A stretch of 63,495 nucleotides of DNA, filler included, from 3 parts of 3 records of this genome joined end to end with filler, not necessarily neighbours in it, one strand, 5' to 3'; shown: positions 10,305 through 20,481, counted from the whole stretch's first letter. Numbers and translations are program-made. Notes: generated by a model from the sequence alone, not told the origin.

Positions 10305-13070
10305 TTAGAACTGCGCCCTTACTCCCATATAGAAGGAACGACCAACAATGTCATAGTGTGCCGGGTTGGTAACCTGAGGGGAGATGAAGTCCAGCGGCGC
10401 AACAGGCGGGTTGTTATCAAAGAGATTATTGATACCCGCGTATAGCTCCAGCTCGTCCCGCAGCTTATAACGACCCGAGACATCCACATACACTTCCGCA
10501 CCGATATTGTTGTCTTCATCCGAGAGCTGCTCCGGCCCCCAAAGCACATTATATTTGCCCGCACCAACATAACGGACGTTGGTGAAGAAACCATATTTCT
10601 CGGTTTGATAGGAAATGTTGCCGCGCATCTTCCACTTGGGAAGCCCAAAAACATTGGCCGCCCCTACATCGCCAGCGTAGTTCTCTTCGGTCGCGCCATC
10701 GGGGGCAATATTCTTCTCATACACATAGCTGCCAAGAAGCTTGAAGTTCAGATCAGCGCCATTTGCGAGCGGCAAACCGTACTGCACTTCAAAATCAACC
10801 CCGCGAACCTCATAGGTGCCAAGGTTCAGGAGTTTGTTGGTGACCGATGCGATGGTGTTATCAGGTTCAAATGAGATCAGGTCACAGAACTCATTATCGC
10901 CCCCATGGCAACCCTCCACGATCGCGCGGCTTGAGATGGATTGGATAGCATCACTAATGCCGATGTCATACCAATCCACCGACAGGCGCGCACCTTCCAA
11001 CCAGTTTGGCGAATACACCAACCCAAGTGTTTTTGTGAGCGCCCGCTCTTCCTGAAGATCTGTATTGCCAGTGTTCAGGATTTTGGTGAAATCCACGTTT
11101 CCGGTGAAGGGGTTTTCAATGTTTTCAAACAGCAGCAGTGTTTTCAAAAACACCTCGCCGATGCTGGGCGCCCGAATATCTCGCGAGATTGTGCCCCGCA
11201 AACGAAGCTGCTCGAAAGGATCGAAGGTCAACCCTGCTTTCCAGGTCAGAACCGTGCCGCTGGTGCTATAGTCCGTGTACCTGAGCGCACCATTGAAACT
11301 GAGCGATTGTCCTGCATCAGTATTCAGGAGCGGCATAAGAACTTCGCCAAAAGCCTCTTTCACATCATAGCTACCCTCAAGTGGCTGAGCGTTGGTGATC
11401 AGGAACTGCGCCTGTTCTGAAAGGTCATCCACTTCCCGCTTCAGAGACTCTTTCCGGTATTCAACACCAAAGGCGGTTGAAACAGGCCCGGCCCACCCTT
11501 CAAACACATCACCATTTATCGTGGCCGCCACAACATCCTGTCGCAGCCGGGTATCCGAGATGCTGGTGCCGGTTACATAATCGATCGCCGCCTGGCTTGG
11601 TGAACCCGAGCCAAAGAGGTTGATCGGCACACAGTTCGAGTTTTGGCCGCTGAGAACTGACGCACACACAGGGGCACCGGTTGCGGGATCGGTCACCACA
11701 TCTGCTGCCAGCTGAAGGTTGGCGGGAATTAGATTATTCGTCTGCTGATTAGAGAAATCTACCCGACCGTATTGGTAATATACATCCCACGTCCAGTCGT
11801 TTGAGAACGCGCCTTCGAAACCGGTCACCAGACGGAAGTTCTGAGTTTTGCTCACGGATGTGATAGCACCGAACTCTGCATTAGTGCGGTACAGGCTTAA
11901 GGTGTCAACACCCGATGCATCCATGCTGTCCTGCACGCCGGTGGGCAAGTATGGGTTACCGGAGCGAATGGTCTGCCCAAAAATAAACGAATCGATCAAA
12001 GCGCCTTCAGAAGCAGACTGACCGGCACTACCCTCAAAATAGAAGTCGATGCCGTCGGTGAGTTCATAATTAAAAGCCGCGAGGATATTCTTCCGCTCCA
12101 GCGGGATAGACAGCGCGGTGGCATCACCATGATAGGTGCCGCTGCCTCCTGTCATAAACACACCGCCAATAACATCACCAAGCTCACGCTGGACAGCGGT
12201 ACCGTCTGGCAGAAACTCCAGATTCCCAAGCGCACTACCATCAGGAAGGGTTACGCCGTTGGGTGAGGCGAGAAACAGCTTCACGTCCGGCGCAAACATG
12301 CTGGCCGGGATTCCGTCATTCGGACCAGTGTCATCCGGGTTTGCGATAATACCCCAATGTTCCGCCGACCACGCCCGCGCACGAGAATCGGGAATACCAC
12401 TATTGTCGTTATAGTCTGCCGCAATGAGCACATGACCGCGCCCATCTGCCACGTCGGCCCCAAATGCCATCGATACACGATAATTCTCGTTATCGCCTTC
12501 GTCAGAAATACCATATTGGGCCTCTACCTTCAGGCCTTCCAACTGGTTGTCATAGACGATATCCACGACACCGGAGATTGCGTCAGATCCCCATGCGGCA
12601 GAAGCGCCGCCGGTTACCACTTCAATTCGGCTGACCGCGAGTGTGGGAACAATATTGATGTCAACAACCCCAAACTCATCGGTTGGAACATGACGGCGCC
12701 CATTCACCAGAACGAGGTTTCGGTTTCCGCCAAGTCCACGCAGGTCCAGCACATTGGTTGCGCTACCGCGTGAGTTCAATACCGTGGCAGTGGGTGTAAC
12801 CGTACCGGAGAACCCCGGCAATTCGTTCACTATATCTGCGACATTTGTTACGCCACGAGACTGCATATCTTCGCTACCCAGCACGGTAACTGGCGTTGGC
12901 GCTTCAAAGCCCGATTTTTTAATACGCGACGAACTGACAACTATTTCTTCAAATTCAGAAACTTCAGCCTCAGATGCACTCTCTTGCGCCACTGTGGGCA
13001 GTGTGTTCATAAGAGCCAGGCATGAAACAGCGCCTAAAATCGCGCTTCCCCTTCGATGGTACTTCACCAT
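10305..13070 (-). CDS. TonB-dependent receptor
   Basis: Signal peptide, TonB box EEIVVS, plug motifs LRGLG..RNLVLVNGRR and RIEVVTGGASAAWGSDAISGVV, C-terminal GRSFYMGVRAQF. Confidence 0.95.
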   Translation of the reverse strand: MVKYHRRGSAILGAVSCLALMNTLPTVAQESASEAEVSEFEEIVVSSSRIKKSGFEAPTPVTVLGSEDMQSRGVTNVADIVNELPGFSGTVTPTATVLNSRGSATNVLDLRGLGGNRNLVLVNGRRHVPTDEFGVVDINIVPTLAVSRIEVVTGGASAAWGSDAISGVVDIVYDNQLEGLKVEAQYGISDEGDNENYRVSMAFGADVADGRGHVLIAADYNDNSGIPDSRARAWSAEHWGIIANPDDTGPNDGIPASMFAPDVKLFLASPNGVTLPDGSALGNLEFLPDGTAVQRELGDVIGGVFMTGGSGTYHGDATALSIPLERKNILAAFNYELTDGIDFYFEGSAGQSASEGALIDSFIFGQTIRSGNPYLPTGVQDSMDASGVDTLSLYRTNAEFGAITSVSKTQNFRLVTGFEGAFSNDWTWDVYYQYGRVDFSNQQTNNLIPANLQLAADVVTDPATGAPVCASVLSGQNSNCVPINLFGSGSPSQAAIDYVTGTSISDTRLRQDVVAATINGDVFEGWAGPVSTAFGVEYRKESLKREVDDLSEQAQFLITNAQPLEGSYDVKEAFGEVLMPLLNTDAGQSLSFNGALRYTDYSTSGTVLTWKAGLTFDPFEQLRLRGTISRDIRAPSIGEVFLKTLLLFENIENPFTGNVDFTKILNTGNTDLQEERALTKTLGLVYSPNWLEGARLSVDWYDIGISDAIQSISSRAIVEGCHGGDNEFCDLISFEPDNTIASVTNKLLNLGTYEVRGVDFEVQYGLPLANGADLNFKLLGSYVYEKNIAPDGATEENYAGDVGAANVFGLPKWKMRGNISYQTEKYGFFTNVRYVGAGKYNVLWGPEQLSDEDNNIGAEVYVDVSGRYKLRDELELYAGINNLFDNNPPVAPLDFISPQVTNPAHYDIVGRSFYMGVRAQF

Positions 13071-13311
13071 TATTTCCTCCGATTTCCATATAATTGTAGC
13101 GTTAGAAATGTCCCTTTCTCAGCTTTAACATTATTTTTGGCTGAATTAATATAATTTTATAACTGCTATATATGTTTTTTTAGCTGTATTAATTTGCGAT
13201 AGTAGAAAAAAAAGCATTCAAAATGATTTTTGGCTTTGCGTTGCTGTCTGTTGCTTTAGAGGTTGGAAAGGAGGCCTGTTGGGCGACAACGCAATAACAA
13301 GGGGGAGCCAC

Positions 13312-14019
13312 ATGGCTATCATGGGGCCTGAGGCAGTTAAAAACACAGGGCACCAATCCGATGCTGAGGTTGCCTATGAACAAGTGATGGACGCAATTGT
13401 CACGCAGCAACTGGCGCCAAGCCAGAAAGTTTCGGAAAATGTGTTTACGGAAATGTTTGGCATCAGTCGCGCCGTTGCCAGAAATCTTATTGAACGGCTG
13501 ATAGCGCGGCACTTTCTGGTTTCAGTTTCGCCCAGGATAACGGTCGTAGCACCTCTCACACTTCTGGAGATCAAGCAAAGCTTCACGCTGAGGAAAATAC
13601 TACTTCCTGAGATATTCGCTCTCGCGGCGCCCAAGGTTGACTATGTCGTCCTTCACGCCCTCGCCGAACGCGTCCACGATATGTTGCCTCCAAAGGACGA
13701 TGCGACCGCACTGCAGGTACTTAAACTGAATAAAGAGCTCAATGAAATGCTTTGTGAGCAATCAGGATACCCGCAAATGCTGGATTGGGCCCGCCAACTC
13801 GAGCTTACCGCAATGCGCATCTACTGGCTCTATATCAAGGTCACTGGCTCATTTTTCTATTCAAGAGAACAAACTGAAATGAGCATCAATGTGCTGCAAA
13901 GCGAAGACCCTGCCCGGATCAAACGGGTGATGTATGACCTTCTTAGCCAAACGGAAGAGCGCATCCTGAATACGGTGTTCTCACACAAGCAGTTTAATAC
14001 GCAGGACCTGACTATTTAA
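13312..14019 (+). CDS. GntR-family transcriptional regulator (FCD-like)
   Basis: wHTH AYEQVMDAIV..QLAPSQKVSE..FGISRAVAR. ATG 13312 has a GGGGGAG RBS. Divergent from the receptor. Confidence 0.85.
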   Translation: MAIMGPEAVKNTGHQSDAEVAYEQVMDAIVTQQLAPSQKVSENVFTEMFGISRAVARNLIERLIARHFLVSVSPRITVVAPLTLLEIKQSFTLRKILLPEIFALAAPKVDYVVLHALAERVHDMLPPKDDATALQVLKLNKELNEMLCEQSGYPQMLDWARQLELTAMRIYWLYIKVTGSFFYSREQTEMSINVLQSEDPARIKRVMYDLLSQTEERILNTVFSHKQFNTQDLTI

Positions 14020-14119
14020 CGTCAGTGCGAACGCTATTCTACGCCGCTGCGGCACCTGATGAACCGCCACCGAAATACGGGATCAATGAAAAACAATCAT
14101 CACGCTTGCGCTGGAGAGT

Positions 14120-14431
14120 TTAGCTGCGCGCAAGTTTGTTTTTTGCCACGCTGATTTCCATACGCCGCAACTGCTCATCTGTCGCAGGTAGCTGATGCTT
14201 CTCTTTATATTCGTCATACGGCATGCCATAGATGCGCTCACGTGCTTCATCTTTGCTTATCTCAACACCCGCTTCTTCAGCCGCTTCCTTATACCATTCA
14301 GACAGGCAATTGCGGCAAAACCCGCCATAGCCCATCAGGTCGATATTCTGCACGTCGCTGCGTTCACGGAAATGCTGAACAAGACGACGGAACACCGCGG
14401 CCTCTAACTTCTCGTCTGTCGTGTCGGTCAT
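14120..14431 (-). CDS. DUF1244 family protein
   Basis: Motifs EAAVFRRLV.H.R.R.DVQNIDLM..GFCRNCLS.W and IYGMPY. Confidence 0.9.
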   Translation of the reverse strand: MTDTTDEKLEAAVFRRLVQHFRERSDVQNIDLMGYGGFCRNCLSEWYKEAAEEAGVEISKDEARERIYGMPYDEYKEKHQLPATDEQLRRMEISVAKNKLARS

Positions 14432-14440
14432 TATAATCTC

Positions 14441-15226
14441 CTATTGATAGTGACGAATGCTCGCCACATCCTCACGGCTCATGCATTCATCCAGAATATC
14501 CGCCAGAAGCGCGGCCCATTCTGTTGTCATCGCGTCTGTGGCAAGCAAGTCCTGCCGCACCTCGATCGTAGTTTGCGGCAAGCCATGGTCTGCGCCGTGA
14601 CGCTGCATGGTATAGTATAGATCCCGGCCTGAATATGGCAGGTTATCACCAACCGTCAGGTCCGTCTCTCGTTCCAGCATGCCGATCATGGCCTGCGCCA
14701 AGCGTGGGTCCTTGTTCCAGAGGAAGCCCGCCTGCCATGGACGCGGCTGGCCGGCCATCTCTGGCGTAAAACTGTGCATGCCCACCACAAGCGGTACTTT
14801 GCCAGCCTTCAGGTGGCTTTCAACCAGCGCGCCACAGGCCTCATGAAACGGGGTGTAATAGGCTGCCTTTCTCGCTTCAACCGCACGGGCACCTAGGTCC
14901 TGGTTCGCCGGGATGCTGATACCATCGCTTATCGGTGGCACCAGTGTTTTATGGTCTGGCTCCCGGTTGCAGTCGATAAGAAGGCGTGACACAGGCGCCA
15001 ACACACCGGCCACGCCCATCATACTGCATATCTTGCGGGTCACATCCGCCGCGCCAATATCCCACGCGATATGCTTCTCAAGGTGGGCTTCTTCAAGCCC
15101 GAGATTTGCGAAATCTGCAGGAATGAAATTGGTTGCATGGTCACACAGCACAATCACGCCGCCGCATGCGTCCGCATTGAGGATTTCTGGTTTCAGGATT
15201 TGGCTCTGGACAGTGAAATCATTCAT
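14441..15226 (-). CDS. N-formylglutamate amidohydrolase family protein
   Basis: Motifs CDHA, HIAWDIGA, SRLLIDCNR, HSFTP and IEVRQDL. Start placed at ATG 15226. Confidence 0.9.
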   Translation of the reverse strand: MNDFTVQSQILKPEILNADACGGVIVLCDHATNFIPADFANLGLEEAHLEKHIAWDIGAADVTRKICSMMGVAGVLAPVSRLLIDCNREPDHKTLVPPISDGISIPANQDLGARAVEARKAAYYTPFHEACGALVESHLKAGKVPLVVGMHSFTPEMAGQPRPWQAGFLWNKDPRLAQAMIGMLERETDLTVGDNLPYSGRDLYYTMQRHGADHGLPQTTIEVRQDLLATDAMTTEWAALLADILDECMSREDVASIRHYQ

Positions 15227-15383
15227 AGGGTACACCGGGCACGCACGTGAAGCTTTGGTTTCAAAGCGAAAAATGCTGGACGTGACGCGAGCGATCACGC
15301 AGCATGTGCCCTGAAACCTAATGATCTGACCAACCAAGTCAACATTTCATCGTGCTCGCTCCATACTGCTCAGGGAGGCAATA

Positions 15384-16835
15384 TTGACGTCCGAAATACT
15401 ATCCGCGGGGCGCCGTCGTAAAACCCGTATCGTCGCGACCCTGGGGCCCGCGAGCTCCAGCTATGAACGCATCAAGGATCTGTTCATTGCCGGCGTGGAT
15501 GTTTTCCGCCTCAACATGAGCCATGGCGAACACAAAGATAAAGAAGCGCTGGTACATACCATTCGCGCGATTGAACGCGAGTGTGGCCGCCCCATCGCTA
15601 TTCTGGCTGACCTTCAGGGCCCGAAGCTGCGCATCGGCTTGTTTGAGGACGGCAAGACAGAGCTGACACAGGGGCAGGCCTTCAAGCTCGACCTCCTTGA
15701 CCAGCCGGGCGACAATCAGCGTGTTTACCTGCCGCACAAGGAAATTTTCGACGCCCTTGAAGTTGGCACCCATATCCTGCTGGATGACGGCAAGATCCGC
15801 CTTGAAGTTGAAACGGTAGAAGCCAACAAAGCCAACTGCCGCGTGATTGTGGGTGGCGTGCTCTCGGACCGCAAGGGGGTGAACGTACCAAACGCAGTGC
15901 TGCCCCTTGCTGCCCTGACACCAAAAGACCGTAAAGACCTTTCCTTCGCACTTCAGTGCGGGGTGGACTGGATTGCGCTTTCTTTTGTGCAGCGTGGCGC
16001 AGATGTGGCGGAAGCCAAAAAGCTGGTAGGCAAAAAAGCCGCCGTGATGGCGAAGATCGAAAAACCAGCCGCTGTGCTCGCGCTTGATGAGATTATCGAA
16101 CTGGCGGACGGCGTGATGGTCGCGCGCGGCGACCTTGGTGTTGAAGAACCGGTCGAGAATGTGCCCGGCATCCAGAAGCAAATCGTGCGGGCTGCACGGC
16201 AAGCGGGCAAACCGGTTGTTGTGGCAACGCAAATGCTCGAATCGATGATCAAATCCCCCGTGCCAACTCGCGCGGAGGTATCTGACGTGGCAACAGCGGT
16301 GCTGGACGGTGCAGACGCCGTGATGCTCTCAGCCGAATCAGCTGTGGGTGATTATCCAATCGAGGCTGTGCAGGTGATGGACCGTGTGGCCATCCGCGTT
16401 GAGCATGAGCCCAACTACCGTATGGCGGGCAGCGATGACCGCACCAACCCGAACTCCACCACGGAAGACGCCATTACGGCTGCTGCGCGCCAGGTAGCAC
16501 GCACCGTGGGCGCCAAAGCCATCGTAACCTTCACCACCTCAGGCGCCACGGCGCTCAGGGCTGCCCGTGAGCGCCCTGAGGCTGAAATCCTGACGCTGAC
16601 ACCGCGCCTTGCCGTTGCGCGCCGCCTTGCCATTGTATGGGGCATGCGTACGGTCAAAACAAAAGACGTGGGCAGCTTTGAAGAGATGGTTGGCAAAGCC
16701 AAACGCATGGCGCTGAGAACGGGGGTTGTGAAAGCGGGTGACCGTATCGTCGTGACCGCAGGCGTGCCCTTCGGTACACCCGGCGCCACCAACGTGCTGC
16801 ACATTGCGTGGATCAGCGGTAGCGAACTGAGCTAA
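15384..16835 (+). CDS. pyk: pyruvate kinase
   Basis: Motifs TRIVATLGPAS, RLNMSHG, DLQGPKLR, MVARGDLGVE and PTRAEVSDVA. TTG start with GGAGG RBS. Confidence 0.97.
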   Translation: MTSEILSAGRRRKTRIVATLGPASSSYERIKDLFIAGVDVFRLNMSHGEHKDKEALVHTIRAIERECGRPIAILADLQGPKLRIGLFEDGKTELTQGQAFKLDLLDQPGDNQRVYLPHKEIFDALEVGTHILLDDGKIRLEVETVEANKANCRVIVGGVLSDRKGVNVPNAVLPLAALTPKDRKDLSFALQCGVDWIALSFVQRGADVAEAKKLVGKKAAVMAKIEKPAAVLALDEIIELADGVMVARGDLGVEEPVENVPGIQKQIVRAARQAGKPVVVATQMLESMIKSPVPTRAEVSDVATAVLDGADAVMLSAESAVGDYPIEAVQVMDRVAIRVEHEPNYRMAGSDDRTNPNSTTEDAITAAARQVARTVGAKAIVTFTTSGATALRAARERPEAEILTLTPRLAVARRLAIVWGMRTVKTKDVGSFEEMVGKAKRMALRTGVVKAGDRIVVTAGVPFGTPGATNVLHIAWISGSELS

Positions 16836-16848
16836 ACCGCGCCCACCC

Positions 16849-17463
16849 TCAATAGAGGAAACCTTTGGCGCGCAGATCAGCCGCTAGCTTGTCTGCGTCT
16901 GTGAAGTGATGCCCGATCATGCCCATATGCTCCGCCGCCTGAACATTCTCAAGCCGGTCATCAATATAAACGGTCTGTTCCGGCTCAAGCCCGAAGCGGT
17001 CAATCGCAAGCTGGAAGATGCGTGGGTCGGGTTTGACGAGGCCTTCAGCGCCAGATACCACCACGCCGCCAAACAGGTCTGTGAAGGCATACTCACGGCA
17101 AAACAGCGGCCATTTCTCTGCCGAGAAGTTTGTGAGCCCATAACACGGCGTGCCCTGTTCGCTCAACCGCTCCAGCACATCTACTGTACCGGCAAACACC
17201 GGGCCGATGGTGTCATTCCAGCGTTCATCAAACGCCTGGATCAGGTCTTCATATTCGGGGAATTTGGCAGACAGGATACGCACACCCTCTGCGAAGGGCC
17301 GCCCGCGGTCATGTTCGGTGTGCCACTCAAGGGTCACCACTTCTGACAAGAATCGCTCAAGCTCCGCCTGATCATGAATCAGTTGGGAATACAGCAAACG
17401 CGGGTTCCACTCGACAAATACATTGCCGATGTCAAATAGTACCGATTTGCCAGAATTCGTCAT
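16849..17463 (-). CDS. HAD-superfamily phosphatase
   Basis: Motifs FDIGNV, LTN, KPDPRIF and YIDD..EN. Confidence 0.9.
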   Translation of the reverse strand: MTNSGKSVLFDIGNVFVEWNPRLLYSQLIHDQAELERFLSEVVTLEWHTEHDRGRPFAEGVRILSAKFPEYEDLIQAFDERWNDTIGPVFAGTVDVLERLSEQGTPCYGLTNFSAEKWPLFCREYAFTDLFGGVVVSGAEGLVKPDPRIFQLAIDRFGLEPEQTVYIDDRLENVQAAEHMGMIGHHFTDADKLAADLRAKGFLY

Positions 17464-17480
17464 GCTTTCCCCATACGACT

Positions 17481-17513
17481 AAGCCGCGCAACCCTACTAG
17501 AGAGTGCGCGGCT
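17481..17513 (-). terminator. hairpin downstream of rpmJ
   Basis: AGCCGCGCA...TGCGCGGCT inverted repeat. Confidence 0.5.
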
Positions 17514-17570
17514 AAATCAATAACCTTGAGGCTATGCTGACGAGCCTGAGCTCTAAGCTTAGCTTGAGGC

Positions 17571-17696
17571 TTAACCTTGGCGTGCTTTAAAGCGACGCTG
17601 CGTCTTGTTGATCACGTAGATCCGGCCTTTGCGGCGAATCACGCGGCAATCGCGGTGACGGCTTTTCAAAGACTTCAAGCTGTTACGAATTTTCAT
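17571..17696 (-). CDS. rpmJ: 50S ribosomal protein L36, type B (zinc-independent, YkgO-like)
   Basis: [41 protein letters not shown] (41 aa); no CxxC motif. Confidence 0.96.
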   Translation of the reverse strand: MKIRNSLKSLKSRHRDCRVIRRKGRIYVINKTQRRFKARQG

Positions 17697-17813
17697 GGCT
17701 CGTCTCACTACAAACCGGCTCAAAAATACTTTATCCCCTGCCACGCCAGCCGGCGCCATGGCACACAGGGTGGGAACGACGAATCCGTCATTCCTCGAAT
17801 CCATTGGCGGCGG

Positions 17814-17842
17814 AACATACTGACGAGGCACGGACCTGTCAA
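17814..17842 (-). promoter_or_regulatory. sigma70-type promoter of rpmJ
   Basis: TTGACA (17842-17837), 17-nt spacer, TATGTT (17819-17814) on the minus strand. Confidence 0.7.
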
Positions 17843-17891
17843 TAGCAAGAGGCGGTTTTTACTGTGTTTTTACACTGCCCGAGTTTCGCAC

Positions 17892-17982
17892 AAAAAATAG
17901 AGGCGTCCCCCATGCCCGGTGGGACGCCTCAAATTTCCCCCGCTAGATAGTGGGGGTAGTCCGCTCACGCCTGTGCGTCAGT
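17892..17982 (-). ncRNA. candidate ~90-nt small RNA
   Basis: Upstream ATGACA-17-TAATAT promoter (18017-17989), two internal hairpins, and a GAGGCGTCCC...GGGACGCCTC terminator with U-run. No protein gene ends here. Confidence 0.55.
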
Positions 17983-18155
17983 AAGGTGATATTACCAAAA
18001 CGGGACTGTCTTGTCATGGGAATAAAGCGTCATAAAGGCTGACCCATCTCAGGAAAGCCCCATTTTCCGCCAATTGGCATTGACCACAGGGTGGCCACAC
18101 TGTAGGCAAACATTTCACGAAAAGGCACCACATACGCACGAGGAGCGAAAAGGTC

Positions 18156-19280
18156 ATGCTTATCACCAGCCAGTTCGATAGCGGCAATATCGAAGTGATC
18201 AAAGGCGACGATCCGTCAGATATTCGCCTGAACATTCGTAAAGACAGCAACTCGGATTTTTACCAGTGGTTTCATTTCCGCCTCTCTGGTGTTGCAGACA
18301 CGCCCTGCAAGCTGACGATCGAGAACGCTGGCGGTGCCGCCTATGTGCCCGGCTGGGAAAATTATAAAGTCTGCGCATCCTACGACCGCGAGAACTGGTT
18401 CCGGATCGACACCAGCTTTGACGGCCAGAACCTCTCATGGAGTGTGGAGCCAGAGCAGGACAGCCTCTATTTCGCGTATTTCGCGCCCTACTCCATGGAT
18501 CGTCATGCAGACCTGATCGCCGACGTTTCCGGCTCACCGCTTGTGCGTACCAGCGTGCTGGGTCATACCCTTGACGGGCAGGACATGGACCTTGTGGAGG
18601 TTGGCTTCGGGCCAGAGGGCCGCAAGAAAATCTGGATGGCGGCACGCCAGCACCCCGGTGAGACCATGGCAGAATGGTGGATGGAAGGCGCGCTCGACTA
18701 TCTGCTGGATGAAGACAACCCGGTTGCCCGCGCCCTTTTTGAAAAGGCGCATTTCTATATTGTACCCAACATGAACCCGGACGGATCACGCCGCGGCAAC
18801 CTGCGCACCAATGCGGCAGGCGCAAACCTGAACCGCGAGTGGAACTGCGCCACGATGGAGCGCAGCCCGGAGGTTTATCTGGTGCGGGAGAAAATGCACG
18901 AGACAGGCGTGGACTTCCACCTGGATGTGCATGGTGATGAGAACCTGCCCTATAACTTTATCGCAGGCTTTGAAGGCATTCCGTCGCTCACGGAAAAACA
19001 GAGCAAACTTCTGGCTATGTACCAGGACCTTCTGTGCGTGAACTCACCTGATTTCCAGCAAGAGCATGGCTATGACACGGATGAGCCCGGCACGGCCAAC
19101 CTCTCCATGTGCACGAACTATATGGCGGAGACGTTCGGTTGCCTCGCGATGACGCTTGAAATGCCGTTCAAGGATAACGACGACCTGCCTGATCTCGAAT
19201 ATGGCTGGTCGCCAGAGCGTTGCCGCCATCTTGGCCGCGCGTGCATTGACACACTCGCCCAGATGATCGATGAGCTCTAG
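18156..19280 (+). CDS. M14 zinc carboxypeptidase (cytosolic carboxypeptidase-like)
   Basis: N-domain FDSGN...QWFHF, FAYFAPYS, RQHPGE, NPDG, NLNREW, DVHGDE. Confidence 0.92.
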   Translation: MLITSQFDSGNIEVIKGDDPSDIRLNIRKDSNSDFYQWFHFRLSGVADTPCKLTIENAGGAAYVPGWENYKVCASYDRENWFRIDTSFDGQNLSWSVEPEQDSLYFAYFAPYSMDRHADLIADVSGSPLVRTSVLGHTLDGQDMDLVEVGFGPEGRKKIWMAARQHPGETMAEWWMEGALDYLLDEDNPVARALFEKAHFYIVPNMNPDGSRRGNLRTNAAGANLNREWNCATMERSPEVYLVREKMHETGVDFHLDVHGDENLPYNFIAGFEGIPSLTEKQSKLLAMYQDLLCVNSPDFQQEHGYDTDEPGTANLSMCTNYMAETFGCLAMTLEMPFKDNDDLPDLEYGWSPERCRHLGRACIDTLAQMIDEL

Positions 19281-19381
19281 CTATACAAAAACAGTGTAAC
19301 TGCTATAGTTTTTCTGCCGATTGACGCTGAACCATGTGCGGAGCATAGGGGGCCGGTTCAGTTTTTTGGAGAAAATCTATC

Positions 19382-19756
19382 ATGACTACACTGTCTGGAC
19401 ACTTCCTTCGGGCGGCGGTGATCTATGCCGTGCTCGGTATGGCGATGGGCATCCATATGGCGTCTTCTCACGACCATAGCCAGATGCCCACGCACGCCCA
19501 TCTTATATTGTTAGGGTGGGTATCCATGGCGCTCTATGGATTGTTTTATCGCGGGCTTGGTGATGTTGCGGTCAGCAAGCTGATGCTGGCGCACAAATGG
19601 CTCTCGCACATCGGCCTTATTGGCATGGTGGTGGCGCTGTACGCGATGTTTTCCGGAGTTGCCGCCATTGAACCACTTGCGGGCATCTCGTCGCTTGTTG
19701 TTTTGCTGGCGATGATCCTGTTCGGGGTAATCGTCTTTAAAAACACCGAAGGATGA
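19382..19756 (+). CDS. small 4-TM membrane protein (HAHLxLLGW family, heme-copper oxidase-like motif)
   Basis: Four hydrophobic helices with the motif THAHLILLGWVS. Confidence 0.7.
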   Translation: MTTLSGHFLRAAVIYAVLGMAMGIHMASSHDHSQMPTHAHLILLGWVSMALYGLFYRGLGDVAVSKLMLAHKWLSHIGLIGMVVALYAMFSGVAAIEPLAGISSLVVLLAMILFGVIVFKNTEG

Positions 19757-19762
19757 TGAGTA

Positions 19763-19789
19763 ACTGCATGAGGCACTGCCTCATGCAGT
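19763..19789. terminator. perfect 13-bp inverted repeat between convergent genes
   Basis: ACTGCATGAGGCA-C-TGCCTCATGCAGT. Confidence 0.55.
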
Positions 19790-19799
19790 ATCGCCGGTA

Positions 19800-20330
19800 T
19801 CAGTCGCCTTCAAAGCTGCACAGGCTCACGACCCGTTCGCAGCGGGTCTTGAGTTTTGTGCTGCCTCCAAGATCCGGCAGGTCCACGACAAAGGCGCAGC
19901 CCACCACGTCACCACCCTGCCGGTCGATCAGCGCCAGCGCGGCGTCTACGGTGCCACCCGTTGCGATAAGGTCATCAACCACCAGAATGCGGTCGCCCGG
20001 CGCCAATGCGTCAAGGTGCATCTCAAGCGTTGCCTCACCATATTCAAGGGAATAGCTTTCCGCGATGGTTTGCTCAGGCAGCTTGCCCTCCTTCCGGATG
20101 GGGATAAAGCCTGCCCCCAGACGGTGTGCGATGGCACCGCCCAGCACAAAACCACGCGCTTCAATAGCGGCAACTTTCTGAATTTTATCATTCTTGAAAG
20201 CTGCGACAATGGCATCTACCGCATGCCGGAACGACGCCGGGTTTCCCAGAAGCGTCGTGACATCCCGAAACTGAATTCCTTCTTTCGGGAAATCAGGAAC
20301 CGTGCGGATATAGGACTTCAAGTCCTTCAT
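19800..20330 (-). CDS. apt: adenine phosphoribosyltransferase
   Basis: Motifs PDFPKEGIQFRDVT, EARGF, RKEGKLP and VVDDLIATGGT. Confidence 0.96.
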   Translation of the reverse strand: MKDLKSYIRTVPDFPKEGIQFRDVTTLLGNPASFRHAVDAIVAAFKNDKIQKVAAIEARGFVLGGAIAHRLGAGFIPIRKEGKLPEQTIAESYSLEYGEATLEMHLDALAPGDRILVVDDLIATGGTVDAALALIDRQGGDVVGCAFVVDLPDLGGSTKLKTRCERVVSLCSFEGD

Positions 20331-20481
20331 ATATAACCTCTTGCCAGATTGGACTAGGAGGGCAGATTACGCTCACCAAGCGCCTTGAACAAGAAAAGAG
20401 AGAGTACGGCACATAAGATATGCACCGCACCCGATTAGGCTGGAAGGAACACCTTGGTGTCCTTTCGCATCAACAGGAGTT

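Noticed and set aside
8017-14019. Possible lasso-peptide cluster (Asn-synthase-like + TonB receptor + GntR)
   Set aside because: No B protease/RRE, isopeptidase or plausible precursor was found, and gapR and terminators separate the genes.
13160-19307. Shared 11-mer TAACTGCTATA at 13160 and 19297
   Set aside because: Best explained as extended -10 promoter elements rather than a specific operator or attachment site.
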